NCBI GenBank assembly: GCA_001938485.1
Contig: MQRK01216436.1
Location: 1-64,000, forward strand
Direction: 5' to 3'
Length of the DNA: 64,000 nt
Source of the DNA: Girardia tigrina
Taxonomy: Eukaryota
A program made the position numbers and the translations under genes. This document shows, piece after piece, positions 62,954 through 64,000 of this stretch; position 1 is the stretch's first letter; every line of letters starts with the position of its first letter. Below the pieces are notes generated by a model. It was not told the origin of the DNA. It saw only the letters and a list, made by a program, of their open reading frames with translations, and did no database searches.

Positions 62954-64000
62954 TGTCACGACCCTTTCGAGTGCAAACATTTTTAAAAGCTCGCGAGCCC
63001 CCAGTGGTTGTCAAGGGTCAACCACAACCCATAACAAACTTATGTGATTTTATCGTCATGATAAGTTGGGTCGGACGCCTCCTATCTTGCCTGACATCTG
63101 CTCAGCAGTGCCAGACTCAAGGGGCCTTCGGGTTCAGTTAAAGGTAGGATAGGCTGTGGGCCCCCCACCTGGGTCAGTATCAATAGGAGATGATCATATC
63201 TCATGAAACTGTGTTCCCCTTATCAACATTTACAGTAGACTATCTACCTAAACGATCAATTTCTATAGTCTTATCGCTAATGGAAGTCAGGTGCCTCCCA
63301 TAGCAGAGTTATTGCTATCCAGTAATTTAGGTAAATCATCTCTATATTAGCGTAGCGGTATCGCATACTACAAACGTACTTTAATTCAAAAGCCATTTTC
63401 CAAGTTCTTTTATTATTATAAGTTCGTTATAACCGTCCATTAGAAAATTTAACTTATGAACGATTTTATCCCATTAAAAGAATTATTGTTAAAAGCTATC
63501 GCAGAAGAACTATCATAAATGATTATTACCGAAAATTATCAAATCAAAGAAAATTGGTTCTAATTCGTATTCGAATTAGGAATTGCAGTATATTTCAATT
63601 TTAATTTCTATTCACGTGCCGTAAAAGGTGTTCCTAAAAATTATGTCCCACTAAACCCAATTTCGACTATTCAGAGCAAAGTTAGGACCTAGGATTTACA
63701 AAATAAAATATAGAATTATAATAGCCAAAAAAAATCATTTTTAACCATTTAAAATCATCTATAATTAAAAAAATCAATTACTCACTCTACAATTTACTAA
63801 GAAAAGGTTTCATTTACAAGCGATTATACAAAATCTCCCTTTCTAAAATTTATATTTCACCTAAAATTTATTTCGACCAAAATTTCATTATTTGTGAATT
63901 TCTTTTCTTAATTACGATTAATATTCAAATAAAATTTGATTTTTTCATAAGACGAAGGAATATTTCCTATAAGATTCATAATAAGATTATCGAATAAAAC
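62954..64000 (-). mobile_element. Family A-related LTR, U5 end; probably runs off the window
   Basis: TGTCACGACCCTTTCGAGTG...GCTCGCGAGCCCCCAGTGGTTG closely matches 26006. Confidence 0.7.

Overview
AT-rich, transposon-saturated eukaryotic genomic scaffold with several N gaps. It is probably from an invertebrate animal (short 40-60 nt spliceosomal introns; Penelope, Polinton, BEL/Pao, Gypsy, hAT, MULE, Tc1/mariner, pogo and piggyBac relics), but the taxon cannot be fixed from the sequence. Only one host gene looks intact: a four-exon PLD6/Zucchini (mitoPLD) gene at 8464-17956, whose 8.66-kb third intron is packed with nested transposons. Scattered host-gene fragments include GPDH, ZDHHC2/15/20-like, an LRR protein, SEC22 and ubiquitin. 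The most notable structure is a family of very long LTRs ('family A', TGTTAC...CACGACA, 4-bp TSDs, about 10 copies or fragments). Their U3 carries an antisense multi-intron transcription unit that splices into an open ~150-aa frame in two divergent copies, and their U5 holds covarying stems and palindromes. One copy is still attached to an env-position type-I membrane protein ORF. Other highlights are a ubiquitin-Gag fusion in a BEL/Pao relic, a Penelope hammerhead ribozyme, a DEDDh exonuclease ORF among retroelements, a 162-bp spacerless palindrome and an intron-containing DD29E Tc1 transposase. All calls were made by eye; no database searches were run.
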